Positions 49,290 to 58,939 of a stretch of DNA of 64,000 nucleotides are shown here, one piece after another. Both the position numbers and the translations under genes were made by a program. The notes beneath the pieces were generated by a model. It was not told the DNA's origin. It searched no databases and saw only the letters and a program-made list of their open reading frames with translations. Source of the stretch: a virus (Duplodnaviria > Caudoviricetes); the IMG/VR virus record IMGVR_UViG_3300031555_004294, positions 96,001 to 160,000 of that record. One strand, written 5' to 3'. Numbering within the stretch: the first letter of the stretch is position 1; each line of letters begins with the position of its first letter.

Positions 49290-49919
49290 ATGGACAATAA
49301 CGAAGCAAAAAACAAGATCCAAGAAATTACAGATGAATTGGAGGAGCCTTTAAGAGAAGGACTTAATCCTATGAACGCAACTCCTAAAAATGGAGATACT
49401 GTTATCTTCTTGATTGAGAAAGATGACATAGTTCGTGTCGGAAAGATTGTATCGGACTATAATTGTATCATTGCTCAAGATGGAATTATATATGACGATG
49501 ACATTGTTTCTGATAGATGGATAGTTCCGATTAATAGGATTCAGGAAACAATCCACTATAACGGTACATTTATGAAAGCTTATGATAATTTGGTAAGCAT
49601 GAACACTGAAGAATTTAAAGCTCAACAGATAGAACATTATATCAACACTAGAGTAGTTGTAACTAAGGGAACTCTGTCTGATGACAAGCAATTCTTGGTA
49701 GAAACATTTACTAGAAATGTTAGAAAAGGTAGTATCGATTTTAAGAACTACAAATTCATGATGGAATTGTTATTTGACAATCCTGACAATGAATATGACA
49801 ACCAAATTGATCTTAGAAATCTTAAAACTATCTGTTACAATATCTTCTCGATCATGAATCGTATTTCTCAAGAAACTTACGATGAAATCTATGCAAAGTT
49901 AGCAGAGTATAATAGCTAA
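49290..49919 (+). CDS. Hypothetical protein
   Basis: 209 aa, followed by a bidirectional terminator at 49932-49961. Confidence 0.65.
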   Translation: MDNNEAKNKIQEITDELEEPLREGLNPMNATPKNGDTVIFLIEKDDIVRVGKIVSDYNCIIAQDGIIYDDDIVSDRWIVPINRIQETIHYNGTFMKAYDNLVSMNTEEFKAQQIEHYINTRVVVTKGTLSDDKQFLVETFTRNVRKGSIDFKNYKFMMELLFDNPDNEYDNQIDLRNLKTICYNIFSIMNRISQETYDEIYAKLAEYNS

Positions 49920-49970
49920 CTGAAATTAAAAAGAGATATAACCATCAAAGGTTATATCTCTTTTTTTTTG

Positions 49971-50735
49971 TTATTCTTTATATTTTAGATCCATCAAGTA
50001 GTTCATAAAGATACTGTAGTCTTTATCTACTACTTTGATGTACTCATACTGTGTTTGTTTTGCCATTACTACATCTTTGATTTTTTCCTTAGCTTTATCA
50101 ACTTGTTGAATCTTTTCATGACGATTAGGATTGGATCCTCCATCCTTAATCTCAACTATTAGATTAAGACTAGCGATGTAAAAGTCAGGTATATAAAAAT
50201 GATCTTTTCCTTCATAAGTGTAATGAAAGATTTGTGGAGCTGGAGCGAAGATGTCATTAGGGGACATTCTCATAACTAAGTCTAAGAATTCTAAGAATTC
50301 ATGTTCATAAGAACCAGTGTATTTAGTTTTAGACTTTCCATCCGACCAAGTATAAACTCCTGAAATCTTACGATTCCCTAGCATTTTGGACTGTTGATTT
50401 GGATCATCTAAAAGGTGTGTCTTACCATACTTGGATAACATTCTTTTTTTGAACTCTTCTCTATAATCTTCCTTACATTTGTCAGAACAAAATCGTTCAT
50501 ATCTCTCTGTAGACTCATTCCATTTAGTTTCTTTATGGCACATGACACAAGAACCTTTAGTTTTCTTGTATTTGTAATTAAAATAACTTTGAGCTGGAGA
50601 TAAACCTTTTAAATCTTCTTCATGTGTTAATTCCATATGAGAATACAAAGCTGATTTTGCTTTAGGTTGATCTTTCTTATCATTTGCTAAGTACTTGTTA
50701 GTACAGAACGGACACTTATAAAATGTTCTAGCCAT
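49971..50735 (-). CDS. Zn-finger plus TnsA/T4 gp4-like PD-(D/E)xK nuclease
   Basis: C2H2 CPFC...H...H, CVMC...FCSDKC, GSYE, YIPDFYI...VEIK. Confidence 0.7.
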   Translation of the reverse strand: MARTFYKCPFCTNKYLANDKKDQPKAKSALYSHMELTHEEDLKGLSPAQSYFNYKYKKTKGSCVMCHKETKWNESTERYERFCSDKCKEDYREEFKKRMLSKYGKTHLLDDPNQQSKMLGNRKISGVYTWSDGKSKTKYTGSYEHEFLEFLDLVMRMSPNDIFAPAPQIFHYTYEGKDHFYIPDFYIASLNLIVEIKDGGSNPNRHEKIQQVDKAKEKIKDVVMAKQTQYEYIKVVDKDYSIFMNYLMDLKYKE

Positions 50736-50741
50736 AAATCA

Positions 50742-51314
50742 TCACTCTCTACTTTCTAACTCAATCCAAATTTTCCTATTTGGATAGTAGCACAACTTAT
50801 AAATAAAATCTGAATTAGGAGATTCATAAATTTCAAACTGCTCTAAAGTTTTCATATTTCTTTGATGGAGTAATCTAAAATTACCAGCCATGCTTTTTAT
50901 AATTTTACGTCCATCATTTAAAACATCATCAAAATCCAGCTTACTATACTGCTCATATACACCATCCGCATAATTACAATCTGGGTCTAAAAGTGTAAAT
51001 GTAAATTTAATTCTGTCAGTATATTCTAGTTTGTCTCTATAATGACCAACAAACCATCTCATATATCTCAATTTTTCTTCATGTAACTTTGTTTCATTTG
51101 GCAAACTAACTGAGTATAAATCTTTGTAAAAAGGTGATACTTGCATCATTCTTTCTATTTTTTTAAAGATGGTAAATCTGAGGTCATTGTTTATTTTAGT
51201 TAACTCAGTTGAGTTAAATTGCTTAGTTAAATTTAAAATTGGAATTTTATTGTAAATGTCTTTTAAAAACATTGTTTTTTCCATAATTTTGAACTGGTTT
51301 TCGTTCAATTTCAT
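50742..51314 (-). CDS. Hypothetical late protein with LNENQ leader
   Basis: Late promoter 51370-51381; N-terminus shared with the 51426 gene. Confidence 0.6.
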   Translation of the reverse strand: MKLNENQFKIMEKTMFLKDIYNKIPILNLTKQFNSTELTKINNDLRFTIFKKIERMMQVSPFYKDLYSVSLPNETKLHEEKLRYMRWFVGHYRDKLEYTDRIKFTFTLLDPDCNYADGVYEQYSKLDFDDVLNDGRKIIKSMAGNFRLLHQRNMKTLEQFEIYESPNSDFIYKLCYYPNRKIWIELESRE

Positions 51315-51425
51315 TATTGATACTCACACCTCTACTTTCTATTAAATTTCTACAGTAACCTTTTATATCTAATAGATTGTTAAAATTGAGAAACTATCTT
51401 AAAAAAGATAGTTTCCCATTATAAT

Positions 51426-52076
51426 TTATTTTCTTTTCCTGTTTTTGTAATATCTAATGAATTTTGCCAAATGTGTATTAAAGAATACGGCTCCACTAGT
51501 ATTTAATGTAACAGTTCCAAGTGATCTTAAAACACGTTTTTCTAAAAATTCTCTTCTAGCAGCTCTATATGAAGATGTTAAATAACTAGTTCCTTTGATG
51601 CAAACAACATATTTCTCTAGTTCTACAGGTTCAAAGAAAGAGAATAACTGTATTCCTTCTAATATCAGCTTTCTATGTGTTGACTGTTGTTTTCTAATAC
51701 AAAAACTAACACAGTCTCTTACACTATTCTTTACATGAATTGTAGAATCAAAAGTTATACCACGATATTTTTGACCAGGACCAGTTAAAAACTCATATAC
51801 ATAAGGATTACGTTCTTTTAATTCTTCATCAGAATATTTTACATTTTCAATTAGATTGTCCATTTCAACAAAATCAATGTTTTCATTATTTTTTGAAAGT
51901 TGTCTTGTTAATGAACTCTTGCCAGAACCTGAAAAACCAAGAACAAAACAAACGTTTATTTCATTCTTAAACCATTTTTTCTTATTCCACCAAATATCTT
52001 TTTCTGTTTTTATAAAAGACTCAGTTAGAAACATACATTGATCGTACATTTTAAGCTGATTTTCATTTAGTACCAT
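51426..52076 (-). CDS. P-loop kinase-like protein with LNENQ leader
   Basis: GFSGSGKS Walker A, LILEG Walker B (NMP-kinase-like). Confidence 0.65.
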   Translation of the reverse strand: MVLNENQLKMYDQCMFLTESFIKTEKDIWWNKKKWFKNEINVCFVLGFSGSGKSSLTRQLSKNNENIDFVEMDNLIENVKYSDEELKERNPYVYEFLTGPGQKYRGITFDSTIHVKNSVRDCVSFCIRKQQSTHRKLILEGIQLFSFFEPVELEKYVVCIKGTSYLTSSYRAARREFLEKRVLRSLGTVTLNTSGAVFFNTHLAKFIRYYKNRKRK

Positions 52077-52109
52077 ATTGATATTTATCCCCCTACTTTC
52101 TATTAAATT

Positions 52110-52985
52110 TTAATACGTAATTTTGATGTTTGGTTTACTAACCAGCCACAAACTCAAGCTTCCATTTTTATTAGGAAAAATTGCGATTGAAAGATTACTA
52201 TTGGCTAACTTGGTTTCTTCTAAGTAATAACGAATATTTGCAGTAGCAGACCAAGAAGAAAGTTTAGGTTCTAAATAGTCAAAATCTTTATCTATGAAGC
52301 CATTATTTTGGTCTTGTAAGCAATAGCATATACCACTACCAGATTTAGCTCCATATTTAAAAATTTCAGAATTATAGGATCTATCAAATTTTAAAGTCTT
52401 TCCTAAGTAATGTTTTTTGATTGCAGTAATGATATTCTCTTTTTCTTCGTTAAACTCATGAATCATGTCTTTTGCAGGTAATTGAACTTTAGGATTTTTA
52501 TAATCCATGATATTCTTAAGACACTTTTTAAAATCTAAGTATGCATAGAATCTATAAGTATCTTGAGTATTTTGTACTCTGATAAACGTAAGACTCATAT
52601 CTTTATAAGCGTAGTTGATTTCATCAAACACACTGTTAAGTTCTTTGATGATAATATTTTGAGTCAGACCAGACTCTCTTTCCAATTCAAAAATAGAAAA
52701 TGGCTCGGAAAGATATTGTTGAATGGTCATTCTATAATCTTTTGCAGAAATGGCAAATACGTTAGGATATATCTTTTTTTCATCATAGATTTTTATTGGC
52801 TTACAAGTAGTTGTCTTTTCTAGAGCATCTTTTAAATGTTTTGTCATTTTCTGTAATTGCTCCAATGCAGACAAATATGAAATTTCTTGTAACGAAGCAC
52901 TAAATAATCCTTCTGACAGTAATTTTTCGTTTAAAAATTCCATCTTCTTACTTTTCCTTTCTTCTAAAAAATAGTTTTTTATCAT
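52110..52985 (-). CDS. Hypothetical late protein
   Basis: Late promoter 52987-52998, FLNE/LSEG N-terminal motifs. Confidence 0.6.
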   Translation of the reverse strand: MIKNYFLEERKSKKMEFLNEKLLSEGLFSASLQEISYLSALEQLQKMTKHLKDALEKTTTCKPIKIYDEKKIYPNVFAISAKDYRMTIQQYLSEPFSIFELERESGLTQNIIIKELNSVFDEINYAYKDMSLTFIRVQNTQDTYRFYAYLDFKKCLKNIMDYKNPKVQLPAKDMIHEFNEEKENIITAIKKHYLGKTLKFDRSYNSEIFKYGAKSGSGICYCLQDQNNGFIDKDFDYLEPKLSSWSATANIRYYLEETKLANSNLSIAIFPNKNGSLSLWLVSKPNIKITY

Positions 52986-52986
52986 T

Positions 52987-53011
52987 TATGTATTTGTTTA
53001 ACAACTAATTA
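52987..53011. promoter_or_regulatory. Back-to-back divergent late promoters
   Basis: TA-N6-TGTT-t-AACA-N6-TA. Confidence 0.7.
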
Positions 53012-53044
53012 CAAAGTTTTTGTTAAAAAGGAGGATAATGTATA

Positions 53045-53494
53045 ATGATTGAGTTATCACATTTAGAAGTTTATAGAGAACCTTTAAAGAAAGAATTTTT
53101 TTTAAACATTGATGACTTTGGTTCGGTATCTACATATGGTGAACTACCAGCATTAGCAAGGTTAGTTCAACGTTTAATAATTATGGAACCTAAAAGTTAT
53201 CCTGACGATCCTGATATGGGAGTTGGCATTTCTAATTACGAGTTTGAATTTTTAGATGCTATTACAATAAATGAGCTAACTTTAAAAATTTCAACTCAAA
53301 TTAACAAGTACATTCCAAATAATAATATAGATTCTGTAATAGTAGAAGCTATTGCTAATGATAAAACTGGGGTAAATAATACCATTGGCATTCTTATAAA
53401 TTTCGTTAAGGATATTGAAGGAAAATCAAATATGATTCTTACTTTTGATAAAGTTGGAAAAACTGGTAAAATTGATAGTAAGATCTACATCTAA
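53045..53494 (+). CDS. Baseplate wedge protein, gp25-like
   Basis: RLIIMEPKSYPDDPDMGVGI..YEFE...I..QI.KY.P pattern. Confidence 0.7.
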   Translation: MIELSHLEVYREPLKKEFFLNIDDFGSVSTYGELPALARLVQRLIIMEPKSYPDDPDMGVGISNYEFEFLDAITINELTLKISTQINKYIPNNNIDSVIVEAIANDKTGVNNTIGILINFVKDIEGKSNMILTFDKVGKTGKIDSKIYI

Positions 53495-53577
53495 TTTTTA
53501 TTCTTAAAAAATATGTACTAACATTAAAATAGTCTAAATTACCATAACGATTTAAATAAAGGAGGTAAACACTCGAA

Positions 53578-55224
53578 ATGGAAAATATTTTAAACAATGA
53601 AGATTTAAGAGAAAATGTAACTGTTTTAGATGATACTTTGAATGAAACTATGAATAATAAGCTGCAGACAACTACCGATAATACTGTTACTGCAGGTAAT
53701 GTGGTTAATGCCATGCTACAAGCTAAAATGATTAATGACAATACCCATCAATATGTAGAAACAACTACTACTCCTCATATTGAAATTCCCAATCAACAAC
53801 AGTATGTAACTAAAATTCCTGGTAATATTGAAGGTATGAATATAGTTACTCCTTTAGTTAAAGAAGGAATGGCTGCACCTAAAACTATTGACCTATCAGA
53901 CCTACCTATGGATGATGATGCTTCATATAGTTCTGTTTTAGGAAACTTAGATGATGAGCCTCTTACAACTTATGCAGATGACCTTTCAATGAGAGGAAAT
54001 AACAATACAAATGTACACTATCATACAGAGTTAGAAGGATTAAACAACGATCCTGTTCCTACAGTTAAGAACGAACTTGATTTTGGTGTAAACTTTAGTG
54101 CTGAAGAGATTGACTTTTCTAAGGATGCTAACACTACTGAATTTAGTGCAGAGGATGCATTAACTGAAGATGTCATTAAGCAGTCTAAAGATGAGGAAAA
54201 CTACATTTACCATTCATATGCAGACCAGAAGATTTCTCATAGAGGAAACAATTCTAAGCTGTCTTTCTTGGATAAAATCTCTGTAGATTTAAAGGATGTT
54301 ACGATTACAAAGAAGTCTCCAATCGAACAGGTTGAAGATATCAACGCTATGTTTAACAATAACATTGCAACATTTACAGTTACTTGCTGTCAATCTGGTT
54401 ACTGGGCTTCTATGTCTGGTTTAACTTTAGCAGAGAAGAATGCAATTAACAATTCTGATGGTGGTTCTATCTTCCAGTTCAGACAGAAATTGTATCATAC
54501 TGTTTATAACAAGATTCAGGCAATGTCTATTCCTAAGCCTAACTTCAATAACTGGCTGAAGATCACTTCTTTCAATGACTTGGCAACACTGTTATTCGGT
54601 ATCTATTGTCAGACATTCATTGACAATAACGATTTCGATATTACTTGTGGTAAGTGCGGTAAGACAACTTCTGTAACTGTTAACAATCAGTCTTTAGTAG
54701 AAGTTAGAGATCGTTCTGTATTTGAAAAGCGTGATGAAATTATTGGCACTATTGAGAATGGTGAACAGTTAGTAGCAAATTCCATTGTCCATAAGGATGA
54801 GCGTATCATGCTAAACGAAAGTAAGATCATTGTAGATGTAGCTACTCCTTCTTTACATGACCATCTAACTTTACTACAGTCTTCTAAGCAAGAGACTTTA
54901 CAGGAATACGCAGATACTTTCTCTGCAATGTTGTTTATCAGTCATCTTTATATGTTGAACATTAGAGAGACTTATAATACTGGTAAGCCTGCTTACTATG
55001 AAATTGATGATAAGGCTAGACTACTTAACATTCTTCTCAAGCTTTCTAACAATGATGGTGAACAGTTAGAAAATGCTATTCAGGAAAAACTTGGAAAGTA
55101 CCAGATTAATTACGAAATTCACAATGTAACTTGTTCTCATTGTAAGTCTCAGCTACCTGGTATTCCAGTTGATATGGAAAACATCCTTTTTACACGTCTA
55201 AACAGGACGAACACGGAGAGGTAA
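53578..55224 (+). CDS. Baseplate hub / tail assembly chaperone, gp26-like
   Basis: D...LLFGIY..TF...ITCGKCG and C-terminal TCSHC Zn sites; next to the gp25-like gene; late promoter 53520-53531. Confidence 0.6.
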   Translation: MENILNNEDLRENVTVLDDTLNETMNNKLQTTTDNTVTAGNVVNAMLQAKMINDNTHQYVETTTTPHIEIPNQQQYVTKIPGNIEGMNIVTPLVKEGMAAPKTIDLSDLPMDDDASYSSVLGNLDDEPLTTYADDLSMRGNNNTNVHYHTELEGLNNDPVPTVKNELDFGVNFSAEEIDFSKDANTTEFSAEDALTEDVIKQSKDEENYIYHSYADQKISHRGNNSKLSFLDKISVDLKDVTITKKSPIEQVEDINAMFNNNIATFTVTCCQSGYWASMSGLTLAEKNAINNSDGGSIFQFRQKLYHTVYNKIQAMSIPKPNFNNWLKITSFNDLATLLFGIYCQTFIDNNDFDITCGKCGKTTSVTVNNQSLVEVRDRSVFEKRDEIIGTIENGEQLVANSIVHKDERIMLNESKIIVDVATPSLHDHLTLLQSSKQETLQEYADTFSAMLFISHLYMLNIRETYNTGKPAYYEIDDKARLLNILLKLSNNDGEQLENAIQEKLGKYQINYEIHNVTCSHCKSQLPGIPVDMENILFTRLNRTNTER

Positions 55225-55460
55225 GTTATAAACTTTCAAGAGCTAGTGACTCTGATTTTATAGTTTCCGTACTTGACCTGTTTAGTGGACAGATGTCATT
55301 AACAGAAGTTCTAAATTCTGAAATAGCAGTTCTTAAAGAATTGTGTGAAGCAAGAACTAAGTTACTTGAAGAAAAAGAGAAAGCTAAAGCAAAGGCAATG
55401 TCAAAAATTGAAAATGACAGAGCTTATAACGACTTGAATAAAATTTACAACCAACGTTAA
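55173..55460 (+). CDS. Unannotated ORF in the -1 frame overlapping the chaperone 3' end
   Basis: 96 open codons ...FIVSVLDLFSGQMSLTEVLNSEIAVLKELCEARTK...; first ATG only at 55293. Confidence 0.55.
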   Translation, partial: YGKHPFYTSKQDEHGEVSYKLSRASDSDFIVSVLDLFSGQMSLTEVLNSEIAVLKELCEARTKLLEEKEKAKAKAMSKIENDRAYNDLNKIYNQR

Positions 55461-55541
55461 AATTTCATTTACTATTTTACACCTTTCTGTAAAAGTTTTA
55501 TTGATGATGAAAATGCTAATTACAGAAAGTCAGGTGATTGT

Positions 55542-55886
55542 GTGAATCCATACTTAAAAAAATTTAAGAGTCTAACAACTTGGATTACTGATGATAGAGT
55601 TGAGAACTTATTAGAGGGAACTTTATATCTAAAAGAAGCTTTCAAATTTATCGAGTTACTTTTAGTGCTTGATGAGAATAATTTTGAGTATGAGCTTGTT
55701 TCTGGATTTAAAGGAAAGACTCATTTTAAAGAAGAACAGAATATGTTCAAGGATATCGTTATAGAAGTGTCTGAACAAGAATTAAGAAATGTAGTTGAGT
55801 TTTTTAACAGTTCTGTAAAGTATAATGAAACTTTTAGCGTACAAGAATTATCAAACACAAATCTAAAGATTCAACTAAGGGACTGA
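55542..55886 (+). CDS. Hypothetical protein
   Basis: CAGGTG RBS, terminator hairpin 55873-55903. Confidence 0.65.
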   Translation: MNPYLKKFKSLTTWITDDRVENLLEGTLYLKEAFKFIELLLVLDENNFEYELVSGFKGKTHFKEEQNMFKDIVIEVSEQELRNVVEFFNSSVKYNETFSVQELSNTNLKIQLRD

Positions 55887-55959
55887 AATATGTCCCTTAG
55901 TTGATTTTCTATAAACAAGTGTAACGAATTTTAAACTAAATTTTAAATATATATTCTGA

Positions 55960-56420
55960 TTGTGTAAGAAGGAGAATATATGGTGGTGCACAAGAAGTGA
56001 CGATTATATTCTTTCTGTATGTTTGCAAGATACAGAGAAGACGAAGGCCAAGTCAACCATTGCAATTCTTACATATCATAGAGATAGGTTGGTCTTACCT
56101 TGGATCCAACCAAACAATCTTACCTAAAAAGCCCTAAAGAACTCGTAACGTGGAATTACTGAGATGTATGATAAAGGCGGCCAAGATGTACCACGAGAGT
56201 TGTTGCTCCAAATAATACAACCACATCAGGCTATGAGTTTGCTCTAGAGAGCAGTAGATTAGTTTATGCTAGACCATCCCATCCTCCTGCCCTAGCCAAC
56301 TAATCGAGAACGGTAAGCTCTTCTTTTCAAAAGAAGTTGAAGAAAACTCAAAATTCATAATGGTTAAAACGTTATGAGACATAAAAAAGAGAAGTGTGGG
56401 ATGGCACTTCTTTTTTTTTT
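55960..56420 (+). ncRNA. Candidate structured non-coding RNA or attenuator leader
   Basis: Early-type promoter 55945-55957, no credible ORF, raised GC, many inverted repeats, ends in the gaagtg...cacttc + T-tract terminator. Confidence 0.65.
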
Positions 56421-56463
56421 TACAAGATCACATAATTTCAATTCTAAGGAGACAAAAAAGAAA

Positions 56464-58203
56464 ATGGGACAGGCAAACATAGATCAACTTTTTTTGAACT
56501 CAAATATCATAGATGAAGCAGAAACAAAAGAAAAAATTAAGTCTACACTAGCTAAAATAGCGAGAGAAGTTAGTAAGTCTTTAGGTCCATACGGTTCAAC
56601 TACTATCATTGAAGATAGACTTGGTGACCATTATATGACCAAGGATGGGTATACAATCCTTAAGGCTATGAACTACAACTACGATATTTCTCGTACAGTT
56701 CTAGATATAGTTAAGAAGATTTCTAAAGCATTGGTTAGAACTGTCGGTGATGGTTCTACATCTTCTGTAGTCATTGCCAATGAATTATTTGATTCAATTA
56801 CTTCAATCTCAGATAACTTACAGTTAGCTCCTCAAGATATTCTTGAAATTTTCAATGTTTTAGCTGAGAACTTTGAAGCTATGATTTTGAATGAAGCAAC
56901 ACAAATTACAGATGAAAACTTTGATGAAACTATCACAAAGATTGCAACTATTTCTTGTAACAACAATCAAGAATCTGGTAAGCTATTTTGTGATATTTTC
57001 CGAACCATTGGTAAGTATGGTTTTATCAACTTAGAGAATGGTAAGTCTAGTAAGGACTATTTTGAGAAAGTACAGGGTATTGAAGTTCCTAGAGGATGGA
57101 TCAATGCTCGTATGGCAAACCAAAATGACAGAATTTCAACAGAATATGAAAATGCACTTGTGTTCATGATGAATGATATTATGTCTGATGACGAAATTGA
57201 TTTCATTGCAAGTGTTATGGACAATGTATGTATTAAGCAGAATGTTCCTCTTATCATAGTAGCAACTAACTATACTTCTTCTGTTAAATCGTTCTTTGAT
57301 GCAAATCTTCAGAAGAATAAGCATCTTCCTGTAGTTGCTATCGACATTGACGCATCTACTAAAAATGGTAAAGATAGATTTGAAGATTTAGCATTAGCTC
57401 TTGGTTGTCATTATTATGACAAGTACAATGGAATGGAAAATCTTAATGAATTCTCTATCAGAGATTTAGGAAAATGTAAGAGATTTAAGGGAGATGACTT
57501 ACGTTCCACTTTCATTGATGGTGAAGGTTATGTTTCTAACGCAGAAAGACTTCAGGAACACATAAAAAATCTTGAAACTGAATATGAAAGACTTCAGCAT
57601 ATGGATGAAATTCACGATAACCGTGAAAAGGATCTCTTCCAAATTAAGAAACGTATTGCTACTTTAACATCCTCTATGGCAACTCTTTATGTTGGTGGTG
57701 GTTCTGAAATGGAACGTACTACTAGAAAGTTCTTAATGGAAGACGCTGTTTATGCATGTCGTTCTTCTATAGAAAACGGATATGTAGTTGGAGGTAACTT
57801 AATTCTTCCTAAGATTTTGGTAAAACATGAAGATGTTATTGTTGAAAATACTGTAAGAGATGAACGCTTAAAGTATTTGACTAACATCTACGAGAATGAT
57901 GAAGATTTTATGTCAGCAATTATGTATATCGTTGAAAATATACTTTCGGCTTTCAAACAGTCATTTATGACCGTTTTAAGAAATGCACACATTAGTAATG
58001 AAAATGCTGCAAAGATCATCAAAACTTGTATTGATGAAGATAAGATTTACAATGTGAAATTGAGAAGATATGAGAACGATAATGAGACCAATGTAATTAA
58101 CTCGGCTGAAACTGACATAGAAATCATCAAGGCTAGTTTCTCTATCATTGGTTTATTGGCAACTAGCAATCAGTTTATTACTAGCAATCCTGTAAGCAGA
58201 TAA
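56464..58203 (+). CDS. groEL: Phage chaperonin, GroEL-like
   Basis: SLGPYG, TKDGYTI, VGDGSTS, VGG..E, EDAV.A, GYVVGG. ATG 56464 with AAGGAG RBS. Confidence 0.9.
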   Translation: MGQANIDQLFLNSNIIDEAETKEKIKSTLAKIAREVSKSLGPYGSTTIIEDRLGDHYMTKDGYTILKAMNYNYDISRTVLDIVKKISKALVRTVGDGSTSSVVIANELFDSITSISDNLQLAPQDILEIFNVLAENFEAMILNEATQITDENFDETITKIATISCNNNQESGKLFCDIFRTIGKYGFINLENGKSSKDYFEKVQGIEVPRGWINARMANQNDRISTEYENALVFMMNDIMSDDEIDFIASVMDNVCIKQNVPLIIVATNYTSSVKSFFDANLQKNKHLPVVAIDIDASTKNGKDRFEDLALALGCHYYDKYNGMENLNEFSIRDLGKCKRFKGDDLRSTFIDGEGYVSNAERLQEHIKNLETEYERLQHMDEIHDNREKDLFQIKKRIATLTSSMATLYVGGGSEMERTTRKFLMEDAVYACRSSIENGYVVGGNLILPKILVKHEDVIVENTVRDERLKYLTNIYENDEDFMSAIMYIVENILSAFKQSFMTVLRNAHISNENAAKIIKTCIDEDKIYNVKLRRYENDNETNVINSAETDIEIIKASFSIIGLLATSNQFITSNPVSR

Positions 58204-58321
58204 TTTTTTTTAGAGTATAACCTTTTACGAGGTTATACTCTAAAACTTGTAACAATTTTAGTTTTAAATATATATTCTTCCCTTAGAAAGAACTAACTTT
58301 AAAAAGGTAGGACAAAAAACA

Positions 58322-58939
58322 TTGAAAGAGCTTACTAAAAAACAACTATTTGATTTACAGATCAACTATACAAAATATATTATCGAATATGGCGATAAAT
58401 GGTGGGAAGAAAAAGAAAATTGGATAAGCATTATAACTTGGGATAACTTATCCGAAGATTTCATAAGGGAATTTCAAGATTATTTAGACTTTTGCGTCAT
58501 TCCTGCAACTCAAGTTTTATCCGAAGATTTCATAAGGGAATTTCAAGATAAACTTGATTGGAATTCAGTATCAATAAACCAAGATCTATCCGAAGATTTC
58601 ATAAGGGAATTTCAAGATAAAATTTATTGGATTGGAATATCTGGCCATAAAAGAGATTTATCAGAAGATTTTATAGAAGAATTCCAAGATAAAGTTAGCT
58701 GGAGTTTGATCTCAATATATCAGAAATTATCGTGTGATTTTATAAGAAAGTTTCAAGACAAAGTTTACTGGACTTCAATTTTTAATCATCAAGAAAATTT
58801 ATCTGATGATTTCATATTGGAATTCCAAGATAAAATAAGTTGGAATAACTTATGTTGGAACAATCCATCCAAATGTAATATTTTTAAAAAATGGAGGAAG
58901 TTAATAGATGATAGCACTAACCAAACAACAGGAGTTTGA
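58322..58939 (+). CDS. Tryptophan-repeat protein with LTKKQLFDL leader
   Basis: LSEDFIREFQDK.xW repeats, early-type promoter 58266-58278. Confidence 0.8.
   Translation: MKELTKKQLFDLQINYTKYIIEYGDKWWEEKENWISIITWDNLSEDFIREFQDYLDFCVIPATQVLSEDFIREFQDKLDWNSVSINQDLSEDFIREFQDKIYWIGISGHKRDLSEDFIEEFQDKVSWSLISIYQKLSCDFIRKFQDKVYWTSIFNHQENLSDDFILEFQDKISWNNLCWNNPSKCNIFKKWRKLIDDSTNQTTGV
58451..58620 (+). repeat. Intragenic 30-bp exact repeat, 69-bp period, three copies
   Basis: tccgaagatttcataagggaatttcaagat at 58451, 58520, 58589. Confidence 0.85.

Noticed and set aside
56374-56463. N-terminal extension of the chaperonin shown in the ORF track
   Set aside because: It runs through a terminator and T-tract; a proper RBS precedes ATG 56464
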